Shown here one piece after another: positions 34,431-46,457 of a DNA stretch of 64,000 nucleotides; the stretch's first letter is position 1; each line of letters starts with the position of its first letter. The translations under genes and the position numbers were made by a program. The stretch comes from Callorhinchus milii (Eukaryota), in NCBI RefSeq assembly GCF_018977255.1, contig NW_024704751.1:9920001-9984000 (forward strand), read 5' to 3'. The notes under the pieces were generated by a model. It was not told where the DNA came from, did not search any database, and saw only the letters and a list, made by a program, of their open reading frames with translations.

Positions 34431-36473
34431 CTGATCTCCTCTCCTTTTTATTGCCTTTGTGAAGGGCATTGAGAACTTCATCCTATGCAAAAGTGCAAGT
34501 TGTTCTATTTTTCTTTGAGCAGTGAGTGCAGATGCCGCAACTGTGTTGGAGGAGTGACTGAGCTCAACAGCACGAGGGAGGTGAATCAAACACGAACAGT
34601 TTAAACGACTTGATCACTGAAGCACGCTGAGAGGTAATGAGTTTCTCTTCGCTGTTGCTAATTTAGCTCCCTCACATTAACAGACTCAATAATTCCTCCA
34701 AACTAGTATTCAGATGTCACCTACACTCTTTAAATTAAAACATACAAAGGTTTAACACAAACCGACAGAAATGAACAATATCATCTTAAAGGGTGTTATA
34801 TAAATACAAGTTGTTGATATCGTTGAAACATAATCTTTGCTTATTAATATGATTAACCGATGGATTCAGAAGGTCCTAATGCTGGATTCTCCGAATCCCA
34901 TCCCCAGATTTCTTTCCAATAAAATACGGCATTTAAGCTAATCAAAAGCAGCAGCTCAGCACTAATCAGTTCACAATGACGTCAAGCCATGAATTGTTTA
35001 AAACCTGCAAGAGAGCAGCTCAGTTATGTTAAGTGATTAAATGATTAAGCTACAGATTTCCTACTTGGCAGTCAGTGGTACTGCCAGTGATAAAATAACA
35101 TTCATTATTCCAACAACTATGGCTGAAGGACTTATCTACCTCCTCAACTCAACTTAGCCAGCTGATATAGTCGGTATCAGAAAAAGTGACCGAATTCCCA
35201 CATTCATGTTGAAGGCGTAAGAGGAAAACTTTTTAATTCGGCGGTTTAGACGGGTTCGTGATCATGTTTCAGTGCACTTGTGGCAACTGCGGTTTAAGTC
35301 AACCGCCACAACAACAACTTGCATTTATATAGCACCTCTCATGAGGTGTAGTGTCCAAGAATGCTTGACAGTGGCTGAGTGTTATGCATATTAATTGGAC
35401 ATTTACAGTTGATTCAAAGCTGCAGGCATAGCCCCAAATTGGATGCAGTGTGTTAAACGTGGGAATCGAGAACTATATGAACTGTGCTCATTGCAATTAC
35501 ACAATGATTTAATGCACATTTGTAGAAGTTGATTTTAATTTGCTGAAACCTTACAAAATTATGCTAATCATGTTCCTCCCTCCCCTCTCCAGATGCCCTC
35601 AGAAAGCCTAATTATCTTACTTTTTACTGTGCTCTAGGCTTAGAGCATTCAGCCATTAAATTAGTCATCAGCTCTTAAATTACCAGACTGTATCCAATCG
35701 TAGGAGGTACCTAATGCCATCTCCCACTTCACGGCCTTGCACACTTCCACTAGGATCTGCTTCAGAGCTTCAAGGACTGAATGTAGAACAATCACAATGG
35801 AAAGATCACTGGAAGATGAAATTGAGTAACATGTCCACGAGAACATGAGAATTTGTTGGCGAAAGAAGACCAAGGTCCATCCAGTTTGCCTTCCACGAGC
35901 CTGGCAGTTGCTTGATATATCATGTCCCAAACTATGTACCGTATCTATCCCGAATAACACTTTCAAGCAGAAATCTATCTAATTTGTTCTTGGAACAAAC
36001 AACACTTTCTGCTTCCACCGGCTCCGTGGGCAGCCTGTTCTATACTTTTACATACATACTGTTCCCACGGGAACAGCAACAACAACACAGAGATGGAGGC
36101 AAGCAGTGTAGTGGTGAAGCACAGATATTACTCAGCGGCACTAGTTATTCTCAACATGCCTCCATCACAAAATTGATCTGGACACAAGTGCTTCGGCCAC
36201 TGCATCTGCTATCAAAAGTCATACACACAAGGAAATATTCCTCGGGAGAAATAGAAGGAACATCACGGGGTAAATTCATAACATATTTGATTGTTCAGGG
36301 AGAAACGCTTCAGCGCTATGGGATTGATTTCCTGATTTATTTTGACAGGACTGCTAACATGATACAACACGATGTTTACAAACATCTGCCATGTAGTCAC
36401 ATTCATCAATGTGTCGCATTTGACGTTGACAAGATTCTTTCAAGTGAAGTGTCAATTAGGTTGATATTAATCT

Positions 36474-36600
36474 AGGAACATAGGAACATGAGTAGGCTAT
36501 TCAGCCCCTCAAGCCTGTTCCACCACTCTATAGGATCATAGCTGATCTGTACCTCAATTCCAATTACCCACCTTTTCACCAATGCCCTTCCATCACCTCT
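36474..36600 (-). mobile_element. CR1 LINE 3' tail
   Basis: AGGAACATAGGAACATGAGTAGGCTATTCAGCCCCTCAAGCCTGTTCC, same family as 30878. Confidence 0.8.
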
Positions 36601-37439
36601 TCCTGTAGGTTCTTATACCCAAGATGCAAATCTGTTCTTCAAGGTGTATGTTCCGAGTATAAGATTCATAGATTCATTGATGGTAAAGCTCAAAACAGGC
36701 CACTTGTCCTATCCAGTCTCGCTGGTTTATATCCAACACGAGTGCTTATGCAGCACACCTCAAAGGGTTCTGCATATGTTGGGTGGTGAACTATGCAAGG
36801 CACTATTAGAGCACTGAATGCTTTAGTAACCTGAGCAGCCGTTTATTATCAAATCATATGGGTTTCTCTGACTGGTTATAGATGCACTCAGTTAGCATCA
36901 GGAAGCCAAGCATTCAGGGTCCAATCATGGTTTACAAAATAAGCTTTGCAGATGCTTTTCCTATTTAAACAAAGCTGGCAGGCTAATCTAGGAAAGAATG
37001 AGGGAATCAGTCGTGTGTAGATCGCATCAATTTCAGTCACCTGTTTTGTATGTTACACAATACTTACATATTAGGGAAAGTGCTTAAGGCTGAAGTACAC
37101 TGTTTCATTGACCGATACCACTTGGATTTCAAATGTGGACACTGCTTGTAGATGTAAACATGCTTTGGGAATCCGACTATTGGCTGTTTTTCATACTTTT
37201 GAACAAAACTATAAACTTACTGGCCCTTTGGAACACTGCTCTGCTGAATGAAGCCACTATTATCGTTTCAAACAACAACTTGCGCCCCTCACGCAGGGCA
37301 GTGTCCCAGAGAGCTTGAAAGTGAGCACGGTGCGAGCCGGGGGGAGGTGACCACAGGCACAGTCACAGAGGAAGGTCAACAAAGAAAGACCAAACGACAA
37401 TAAATGCTGTGGCTCTCTTGGTCAAACAATTACTATGGA

Positions 37440-37590
37440 GTTGAGCCAAAATCCAAGTTTGGTTCCTATTCTGTACTTAATTATCTTACCTCAACCAGAT
37501 GACAGTAGGTACTATAATTGGGTACAAGATTCCTGGGTATGTGGGGGGGGATAAAGAAATCAGCCTGCTCCTGATCACCATCCAGCGTAC
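37440..37590 (+). mobile_element. LF-SINE-like 5' fragment
   Basis: CAGTAGGTACTATAATTGG...CCTGGG...GGGGG...AAATCAGCCTGCTCCTGATCACCATCCAG. Confidence 0.5.
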
Positions 37591-37970
37591 TGTATTCCAC
37601 AGACACCCTTCACCTTGAAGAGCATAGAAATTCACCCCCAAAATATTACATTTATAAAACCATGCTGGTTAAAATGCTACTGGATATTATCCTGTCGGAA
37701 GTGATTATGCATGCAGTTTGCACTGAGACTAAATCAAACCCAATTGCTGCACATTTGGTCTCTTTTGCTGGAGCACCTCAGGACTTTGGTGGGTCATTGA
37801 TTTTTTGCTCTGCTCAGATGATTCAGCTGCCTGGAGGGAGTTCTTCCTGTCTCTGCCTAAACTTTGTTTCTGTCCTTCTTTGTCAGATGCCTTTATTATT
37901 CGGTATCAGAACTGATGAATCCCACGTATTCTTACATGTGTGTACTGGATTGGAATATCTACATAAATAT

Positions 37971-38230
37971 AATAATAATCCTTGCATTTGCTATAGCATT
38001 TTATCACGTCGTTGAGACATCACAAAGCGCTTCACGGAATATACTGCAAAGTGAATTGACTGTATATTTTGTGGGCAAAACGCAGCAGCCAATTGCACAC
38101 AGCAGCGTCCCACCAACAGTTGTTTTGCCCAAAATATATACAGTCAAATCACTTTACAATATATTCTGTTAAGCACTTTGTCTCAAAGACATGATAAGGC
38201 ACTATATCAAATGCCAGGATTATTATTATA
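37971..38230. mobile_element. Two SINE 3' halves in inverted orientation (tails outward)
   Basis: Minus copy 37971-38118 directly abuts plus copy 38121-38230. Confidence 0.85.
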
Positions 38231-38769
38231 ATACTCCCACCATTTAAATGCATGTGATCAATCAGCAAGCTCAGGCAGCAACAGGGATTTAACCTTGAAC
38301 CTTTCTGGCACATATATTGATTATTACTTGTGTATTTCTGCACAGAACCATTGGGAGGGGGTGAAACAGTAACTTTATATAATGGATGAGCCTTACCTTT
38401 CTTCAGCAATGTGAGACTATCCGCACTTGCCTCTAATCAGTACCTCCTCACCTCAGCCACCCTAGTTCACCTTTGTAAAGTGCTTTGAGATGTTCTCCTA
38501 CATGGAAGATGCAGACTGTTGTCTGTCTGAGTGCGATGATCAATTGCTGTTAAGTGTAGATGGATTTGAAAATGGATGATTTAAAGTTGACAGTACACAG
38601 CTTCCTCTCCAGCAGAGAGCAAATTGAAATCTCTAAATGAACCCAAGACGATGCGGAGGCTAAAGGTGAACGGACATATTTATGTCATTCTGAGGTGAAG
38701 CTGAACATCAATATCTGGACTCAGTGATCTACCTGTAGGGCAGCACTCATCCAATTTGACAAGGATAAA

Positions 38770-38945
38770 GCCACCTTCATCAGGGAGGAGACCCACTGTG
38801 GAGGGCTTTAAAGGTGAGGGTGAGGATCTTGAACTCGATCCTCTGGGGGATGAGGAGCCAGTGAGGCCGAGCGAGGATGGGGCTGATTGACTCATAGAGC
38901 TTAGTGCAGGAGAGGACACGAGCTGCAGTTCTGAATAATCTGCCG
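38770..38945 (-). mobile_element. L2 ORF2 fragment
   Basis: Minus strand reads SPILARPHWLLIPQRIEFKILTLTFKALH, the L2 LHWLP..RI.FK motif. Confidence 0.8.
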
Positions 38946-40574
38946 TTTGTGGAGGGAAGAGGAGTTGTTGTGTTGGAGAATGACTATTAGCATAATGATT
39001 TGGTTCACGATTGTGCGAGTCACAGAAACTGAGGCATAAAACGCAGAGGCTATTGATCACAAGGAATTTGATTGCGTTAACATTCCCCCTTGAAAAAAAT
39101 CACTCATAACTCAAAAACTTTTTAGCTTTTTCAGGGACATCAACAGGAATTTTGATCTTATAATGTTTTCCCCATGTTTGTATATTAACTGCAGTTGATG
39201 TGGTTGGACCTGCAATGTTCACAGAGTAATCTTTTGAAAGTCGACATAAATTTGCAATTCATATCTCTCTGAAGTTCCTTATCACAATTCAACTGGAGGG
39301 ACCTCTGGTATCTGAATGCAAGCATCCATGTCTCAATATGGGCCTAATTTACTTATGCTTTTGAGAAAACGTTCAATGCATTGACAACAGCTGAGTCATT
39401 CGGTATTAATATTGCTCCGAGCAGTGATCTTGAAGCACTGACTGATTTGACTGGATTGTGATGCTTCACAGTGCTTGTTGCTTTTCCTGATCTGTCAATC
39501 TACTATTTCCTTATCTTATACTAGCATCTTCATATCTCTCCCTGGTGGCACCTTGCCTTTTGTGCAGCTGCTGTCTTGGGCACGAATATCAAATCTACAA
39601 AATATTAAACAGGTTTTCCAAACTAGGCAATGACCATATTAAAAATCTCTGAATCCATTCTGTTCTTTTGCATCTCCAAACTCTGCTATAACATTTGTGC
39701 CTTTGACTTCAATCATGTTGATTGGGAACATGTCCAAGGTTTTGGTTTGTTCTTGTCTGCATTTGTGGTTTAGCTTGGTTCAGTTGCTAGCACTCTCGTC
39801 TCAGAGTCAGAAGGGTCTGATTTCACAAAGTGGGTTTGGATGACGAAGACATGCCACTACAGTGTGCTTTTCGGAGAATCCAATGCCAGATATGGTGGTA
39901 AAATCCACCCATGGCAGACACGTTGCCTCACAAGCAATTGCCTCGTAAGCAAAACACAGCAGTTTGGTTTAATTGATGTTTTTGTCAATATATTTTACTT
40001 TGCTATGCCTTAATTAAATATTACATTGAAAATTAATTACCAAATTGCTGGACTCAATGGCCACATGTTTGTGGGAACATGCGTCACACGTGACAAAGAA
40101 AAGCTTGAAAACAAGAAGTGCATGCTGAATTCTACAACTCAATGCCACAAGATCATCGATTACAAGAACATTAAAAGCCAAAGGGAAGATTAACAATCCA
40201 ATAGGAGAATTGCCAGAGCCGTTCAAGCAGCAAAAGAGCTATTATTAACCTATTTAAGGCATCTAAATAACAGCCTGGAAGTGTGTCAAAGTAATTTCAC
40301 AAGTTGAACAAACCAAGGTGGAATTAAAAAGGAAAACAAGAATTAAAAGTATCTGAAGAAGATTATCAGTACGCTTCAATGTGTGATAAACTTGTCAACA
40401 CCTCATTACCAACCTGATGGTACAAAATAATTTTTTTCTCATTTGCTGACAAGTGAGGTTACACACCCAGAAGGAAGTGAGTTAACATTGCCAAACTCAT
40501 TTAATCTAGGACCCACATAATCTAAGAGGCAGAGAATTTCGTCCCGTCAGTCTTTGTTGGATTAAAACCATAAT

Positions 40575-40752
40575 AATAATTTGGTCACTCAATCCACGGC
40601 TGTCTTTGGGGACACTGCTGTGCACAATTAGCTGCCACATTTCGTGCATAAAATATACAGTCAATTCACTTTACAGTATATACTGTGAAGCGCTTTGAGA
40701 TGTCTCAAAGACGTGATAAGGCGCTGTATCAAATGCAAGGATTATTATTATA
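40575..40752 (+). mobile_element. SINE 3' half
   Basis: Family body and tail. Confidence 0.88.
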
Positions 40753-41399
40753 GAAATAAAAGATCACCATCTACCTTATTACAGCACAGGTTAAACTATT
40801 TTGATCACTGGATTAAGAAAAAAAACTTTCAAAACCATTCTATAAGATCAAGGCTGCTCTGTACCTCAACTGCAATTGCTCACCCTTGCCCCATATCCCT
40901 TGAGACCCCCATATCCCCCTCAGCAAACCAACCAATCTACTAAGGCACATTAACTTTGAGTTCCTGCACTAAGTGCCTCTGATGGGTAGAAAAATATCCT
41001 CCAGTTCGGTTTCCAGGCTGTTTTTGCCATAAACATTTTAAATACCTAAATTCCTTCCTTTTGCCATGCCTCACCGCAATTATCCATTTAGATTAAAAAT
41101 TAATGCTTATTTTCCCTGAACAATATTCTTGTTCCTTTTAAGAACACAAGTACGACTCAAAAGTTCTCTAATATAGTTTAATTGCCATAGAGAAGATCAT
41201 TTGCCTCCCTTGGTGAATTCCGCCATCTTCTGCTTGTGAATAAGGTAAACTGTGTTTGGGTATAATATGAGCATCTCATTTCAAATATAACTGCAAGCAA
41301 TTTGTAGATTGTAAGCCAAATGTGGCCAAACTAAATGCTTATCAGTGAAAAAGATGACAGCCCCAGTGTTTCACTAACCAGAAGTGTACGTAGTACTCC

Positions 41400-41620
41400 A
41401 GATGCAGCCAAATTCAAACCATTGTATATCTCGAACATGACTTCTGTGAATGTGAACTCAACTGATTGAGCAATGTATCTGTTTTTTGTATTGCTGTTTT
41501 ACAATGTTTGCACATGGTGAGCAACAATAACAACCCTAGGTCTCTTTCAACTTCCTCTTGACAAATTCAACCCCATCAAACGAAGAAGGTACACTCCCTC
41601 GTTTTACTTTCCATGTGTTG
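41400..41620 (-). mobile_element. Degenerate CR1 ORF2 fragment
   Basis: AACCCTAGGTCTCTTTC (EKDLGV-like) and CAGTACTCCA-like (LEYC) motifs. Confidence 0.55.
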
Positions 41621-41737
41621 TACCTTGCATTTATTTATCTGCGTTGGACTTCATTCATCCGTGATCCACCAAGGATCAACTTGGCTGAAGCTGCCCTGGT
41701 GTTTAGTGTTGCCAGCGCTATTCTCCGACCACTCAGC

Positions 41738-41840
41738 TGAAACTGAATCAAAAACAGAAGTTGCTGGGAACACTCAGCAGGTCAGCCATCTATGGAGAAA
41801 GTGAGTCAACCTTTCAGGTCCAAGACCCTTTGTGAAACTG
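41738..41840 (-). mobile_element. Decayed Penelope-type terminal repeat with a mutated hammerhead core
   Basis: Matches 4207-4306; CTGACGA has become TTCACAA, while stem II GGTC/GACC and GAAA are retained. Confidence 0.7.
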
Positions 41841-43189
41841 ACCTTGGTTGATGTCAGGCTGGATGCCAAAATGAGAAGTTGAGGCTGTCTGTAATTGATC
41901 CTGGAAACTAAAACTAGGATCTAGTAATTAGAACTGCAAACAAAATCAAATGTAAGCGCGAGATCACAAATAAGGACTATTATTGGTTATCTTCAGTTAA
42001 AGTCAACCAATGATGAATCGACAATTTTATTTTCTTTCCCCCAAACAATGGTGAGAACTTTTTTTGCATGTTATTCTGGTACCTGACGCGGGTGGTCGAA
42101 GCAGACCCTGTACCTAGTTTGAACAAAACAGCTCATTCTTTTTCTGTCTTCTGTTCACTTGCACTTAAACTACGTGAAGTTATTACGGAGTACCAAGGCA
42201 AGCACTGCCTCGTTGGATGGTTTTTCCAGGTTTTTTCTTCCAATGAAAACACAACCAGAATCCTATATTTTTTATTTATTTGGACACAGACATTTTGGTA
42301 AGTCACAATGTAACAAGCCCACCACAGAATACACCTAATGTTTTATTAACATGATGTTATAGTGAAGAGTATTTACAGGATTGGCTGCTGTATAAATAAA
42401 TAGCTTTATTTCTCCGCACAGTTTGCCCCTGTATGAGCAATAGTATACATATAAACAAAAAGTCCTGCTGGCAATTTTTTTTCATTTTTTTAAACTTTTA
42501 TTCAAGAACTAATAAAAAGGGTTGAAGCAAAGATATAACTGTGTGTTTGAAGATTATGATGCATACAGTTTTTCTTACAGGAAGATTAGATTTTGACTGT
42601 ACAAAGTGAAAAGTTACAGGTATTCAGATAGTGCTCCTCATTCTCTCTCTCTCTCTCTTTCACTCACAAACACACACAATGTAAGGGATTCTGCGATAGC
42701 TTTGTTGTAAGCATAGCTGTCCCTTCCACTGACAATGTCCCACTGACATTAATTTGTCCGGCACCTTTAGCATAACAGCATTTAAAGTCAAACACCTGAC
42801 CAGCTTCCACATTACCTTTTGGAACAGCTTCTATTAATTGTTCAAATGTTTTATATATAAAAAGAAAAAAAATTGCTGTCACTTAAACAGGTGGTAATCC
42901 ATAGACAGGTACATTGTTAAAACAAGGGCTGGAATTTAATTGGTAATGTTCTATTCCTGCTGCACTCATATTCTCGCTTATAAATAGAACTTTTAAAAAA
43001 TAATCAACTTTTTTTATTTCAATTGCAACTTTGCTTTGTGACATTTTAATACAGTAGCAATATTCTTTATTCTCCTGTAATTACCCAGGAGTGAGGCGCA
43101 GCTGAAATTTAATGAAGCAGTTTCAAGGATGGAGGTTTTATGTGAAATAATGCATAGAACAAACTGCATTCTTACGATCGAAGCTTGTA

Positions 43190-43672
43190 AATAATAATAA
43201 TCCTTGCATTTGGTATGGCTCCTTATCACCTCGAAAGGACACCTCAAAGCGCTTCACAGGATTTACTGTGAAATGGAGTGTTTGTGTATTTGTAGGCAAA
43301 TGGAGCAGCAAAATCGCACACAGCAATGTTCCACAAACAGCCAAAGAGTGAATGACCATTTTTTTTTGGGGGGGGGGGGGGGAAGCAGGTGGGCATTGAA
43401 AGCTTGTGGTCTGTGGGCTGTATTACCCACGCATAAAATAATCAGCCCATGGGCTGCAAGTTGGCCAACTCTGATTTGGGGGATTGTTGGCCAGAACTTG
43501 AACAGGCGGACGGGACCTCGGTTTAATATCTCACCCTAAGGATCTGTACCTCGAACAATGCAACACCGGCCCCAGCACTGGAGTGTCAGCTTAGAGTATG
43601 TGAGTTCATAGTCCCGCAGTGTCATTTGAACTCACAACCTTTGTTGTGCTATTGCTGAGCCAAGCTGACACT
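43190..43672 (-). mobile_element. Near full-length Deu-domain SINE with an internal poly-G
   Basis: Tail at 43190, GGGACCTCGGTTTAATATCTCA, CACTGGAGTGTCAGCTTAG, head ...GCTGAGCCAAGCTGACAC. Confidence 0.75.
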
Positions 43673-45114
43673 TAATAAAGATAATATAATTAAAACACAC
43701 TAGATCTTGGAGAAGAATCTTGAGCAGAACTTGGGTCCTCAGTTGCTCCACCATGTTATCATGAATATTTAGCATTTAGTGCTATGCAGAAAATTAAGTG
43801 GAAGATCCTTCAGAGATTGTAACACACTCCCTAAATGATTAACCTGGGCTACTCTTCACATGACTTAAGCACTGTGACTTAAGCAAGGCTCTCTCCTCCA
43901 CATACTATGGAGAAGCCCTATTAATGGCACTAAAATGCATGTGTTTATAGTGCTTTCAGCAAGGCAATTGAATGGTTAACTGGGCGAAAGTAGCGATGGC
44001 AATCCATAGAAGTAATTACATGACAGTAGCATATTTAATGCATTCAGAAGTCTCTCTCTACCACATGAATAGAAGTTACTCAACAATGAAATAGTCAAGT
44101 TTTTTTTCATCATCTTCATCTGTAGATTGACTGTTTTATTAATATTTTTGACTGTATATTCCCTCTATTCCACACATGGTTTAAACACTTTTACACATTC
44201 TAATGCACACCATTTTCCCTCCCCCATTATTCCAGTAAACCAACTTCTATGAAACTCAAGACTTGTCAAAAACAGTATCAAAGTGATTTCCTTGTCCCAA
44301 ATCAGAAAAATCATCCACCATTTTACAATATATAGAAACCAATCTTGTTTCTTACCTTGTGATTGTTGGCTGTCATATTCAAAGATTGTCAAGGGCATCA
44401 GATTGAAATATGATACTGTGTGCTATAAGTTTTATATTTTATTGCCATATGCACAAGTTCCACGAGGGCTTTGTCACGTTTTTCCACACTGACAATAATG
44501 TCCTTTCATTTTTAAAAAAAACCTTTGAAAAGATCTGTCCAATACAATTCCAGCCTTCAGCTTAATTATCCAAGGGGTTTAGTTGTATTTTTAATATTAA
44601 CTCCTACAGTTTTCTTTCTTCTGAAGTCGTTGGGTATCAGTTCCTCTCCCCTACTCGCTCAGGTGACTATTCTTCTGTGAACCTGCAATGTGAATGCTGG
44701 CAAATTGTTCACCACGGAAGAGGAGAGGGTGGGACGTCTTTCCGACGTGAAGGGCACTATACAAGTGTTGTTGTGGGAGGGTTGAATAGCCAGCTTGATT
44801 CTTTCTCACACTAGCACATCCCTGACACCAACTACTGCCCTGGCTAAGGTCAGCTAAGTTTAGCATTGAAAAATCTGGCAATCCATTTTATTGTCACTTT
44901 AAGCACAGTTTTATTCTGCTATAAGGTTGACAACAGTGTGTGAAAATTAGGATTTACATACACTGGAGTACTATAACTTTAATTTCTGTGTTTACAATGG
45001 TCAACAGTGTGTTGTATCCATTACTACCACACATTTGGCCAAGATTATTCACCAGATGAAATGGCTATGCAGATGACTGCCAAAAGTTTAGAGATCTCTG
45101 TCAAATGGATGTAT

Positions 45115-45222
45115 ATTCGCCCACAAATTTACATTCAATCCACTTTACAGTATATTCTGTGAAGCGCTCTGAAACATCTCAAAGACGTGATAAGGCGCTT
45201 TATCAAATGCAACGATTATTAT
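45115..45222 (+). mobile_element. SINE 3' tail fragment within the probable 3' UTR
   Basis: TTCGCCCACAAA...GAAGCGCTCTGAAACATCTCAAAGACGTGATAAGGCGCT. Confidence 0.85.
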
Positions 45223-46457
45223 CATCCGTTTCTCAGTGAGCTAATTCTCTTCCACTTGCATAAAGGCAATGGTCCTTTGGGTCTTAATTTTCTGTTAAGC
45301 TTACTTTATTTGAAGCAGTTGCTTGTTTCTCCATTTAAAATGATGAAAATTCCTTTCAGAAGTCTTAATTTTCCAGACACTTTACCCGATAATGCCTCAG
45401 AATTACATATCCCATGGCCACAGAGATTTTCTTTTAAGATCCAAAGAAATTGATTTCCACTGCTGTGGATTAAGACAGCTCATATAAATGAACATTTCTG
45501 TTCCTGCATACCCAACACGTGGCACTGAAAATATACAATATTAAATTAAAATTATTCCCTGAAAACAAAATGAGATCAGTGGAAGAGATGTACTGTTTGT
45601 AGATTGCTGCAGTCACAGTTCATTGAGAACTTATACACCATAATTTGTTTTTCAAATACAGAGAAAGATGTTCTTTTCATCACTTTGATTAAACACTCGT
45701 ACGTGTGAAGCATTCGGCTTTTATAACAACCACAGAAACTGTACCTGGGTCTGATATAAGCAATTCATTTGCTAATGCAGCTTCAGCGGCTGACATTGAA
45801 TGGATCTCAATCTGGATGAAATGGACACTCCCGAAACATTAACCTGACCACAAATCCAAATTGTGATTAGGACATTTAAAATTTACTCTTTGTTGTCTGC
45901 ATTCGACAGACACTTTGTGTTAAGCAATAAATTTGGTTCCTGGCAACCTGTTCCACTTTGTTTAAAGCCTTGATCTTTGCTTCACACATTCAGATTAATC
46001 CCTTGTGTGTGGCACAGTCTGATGCCTATTAAAATCCAAGTTAAGATCCAGCATTTTTACAGGACACCAATGTTGTTGCATTCTGGTTCTTACACAAAGC
46101 AATCCCAGCATTCCTTTGCTTGACTATTGGCAGATTATTGTCTCTGTGCTATAGCAGTCATTTTATATAAATAAGAAGGGATTCCATTTCCCTTAAGATG
46201 TATTGTTAATACGACCTTCGGTAGGTTATAATCTTTGCAATAGGGTTGGCCAGCTTCTCATTGCAAATCCTTAATTACTGTAACCTCATCAGTAGCCGAT
46301 AGCCACTGTTTATAAACTGCCACACAAGCATTATATGATAGTGCTTTCTTGGTCAGCTGGACTTCGAGCAACGCAGCCTCCCACCCCGTGTGCAGAACAA
46401 AAACTGTACGTGTGAAAAGTGTCGTAAATATAAATGCAGCAAAAGGGAAAGCAGCCA

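Larger units (their letters stand above)
42000..46457 (-). other. TMEM132E: Probable TMEM132E 3' UTR (end uncertain)
   Basis: AT-rich, relatively repeat-poor stretch after the stop codon. Several minus-strand AATAAA hexamers (plus-strand TTTATT at 44887, 44135, 42497, 42405, 42026). The true poly(A) site cannot be chosen from sequence alone. Confidence 0.4.

Noticed and set aside
35912-36475. 187-aa ORF, the longest outside TMEM132E
   Set aside because: It starts at a non-ATG codon inside a reversed CR1 fragment, has no recognisable domain and no convincing splice structure.
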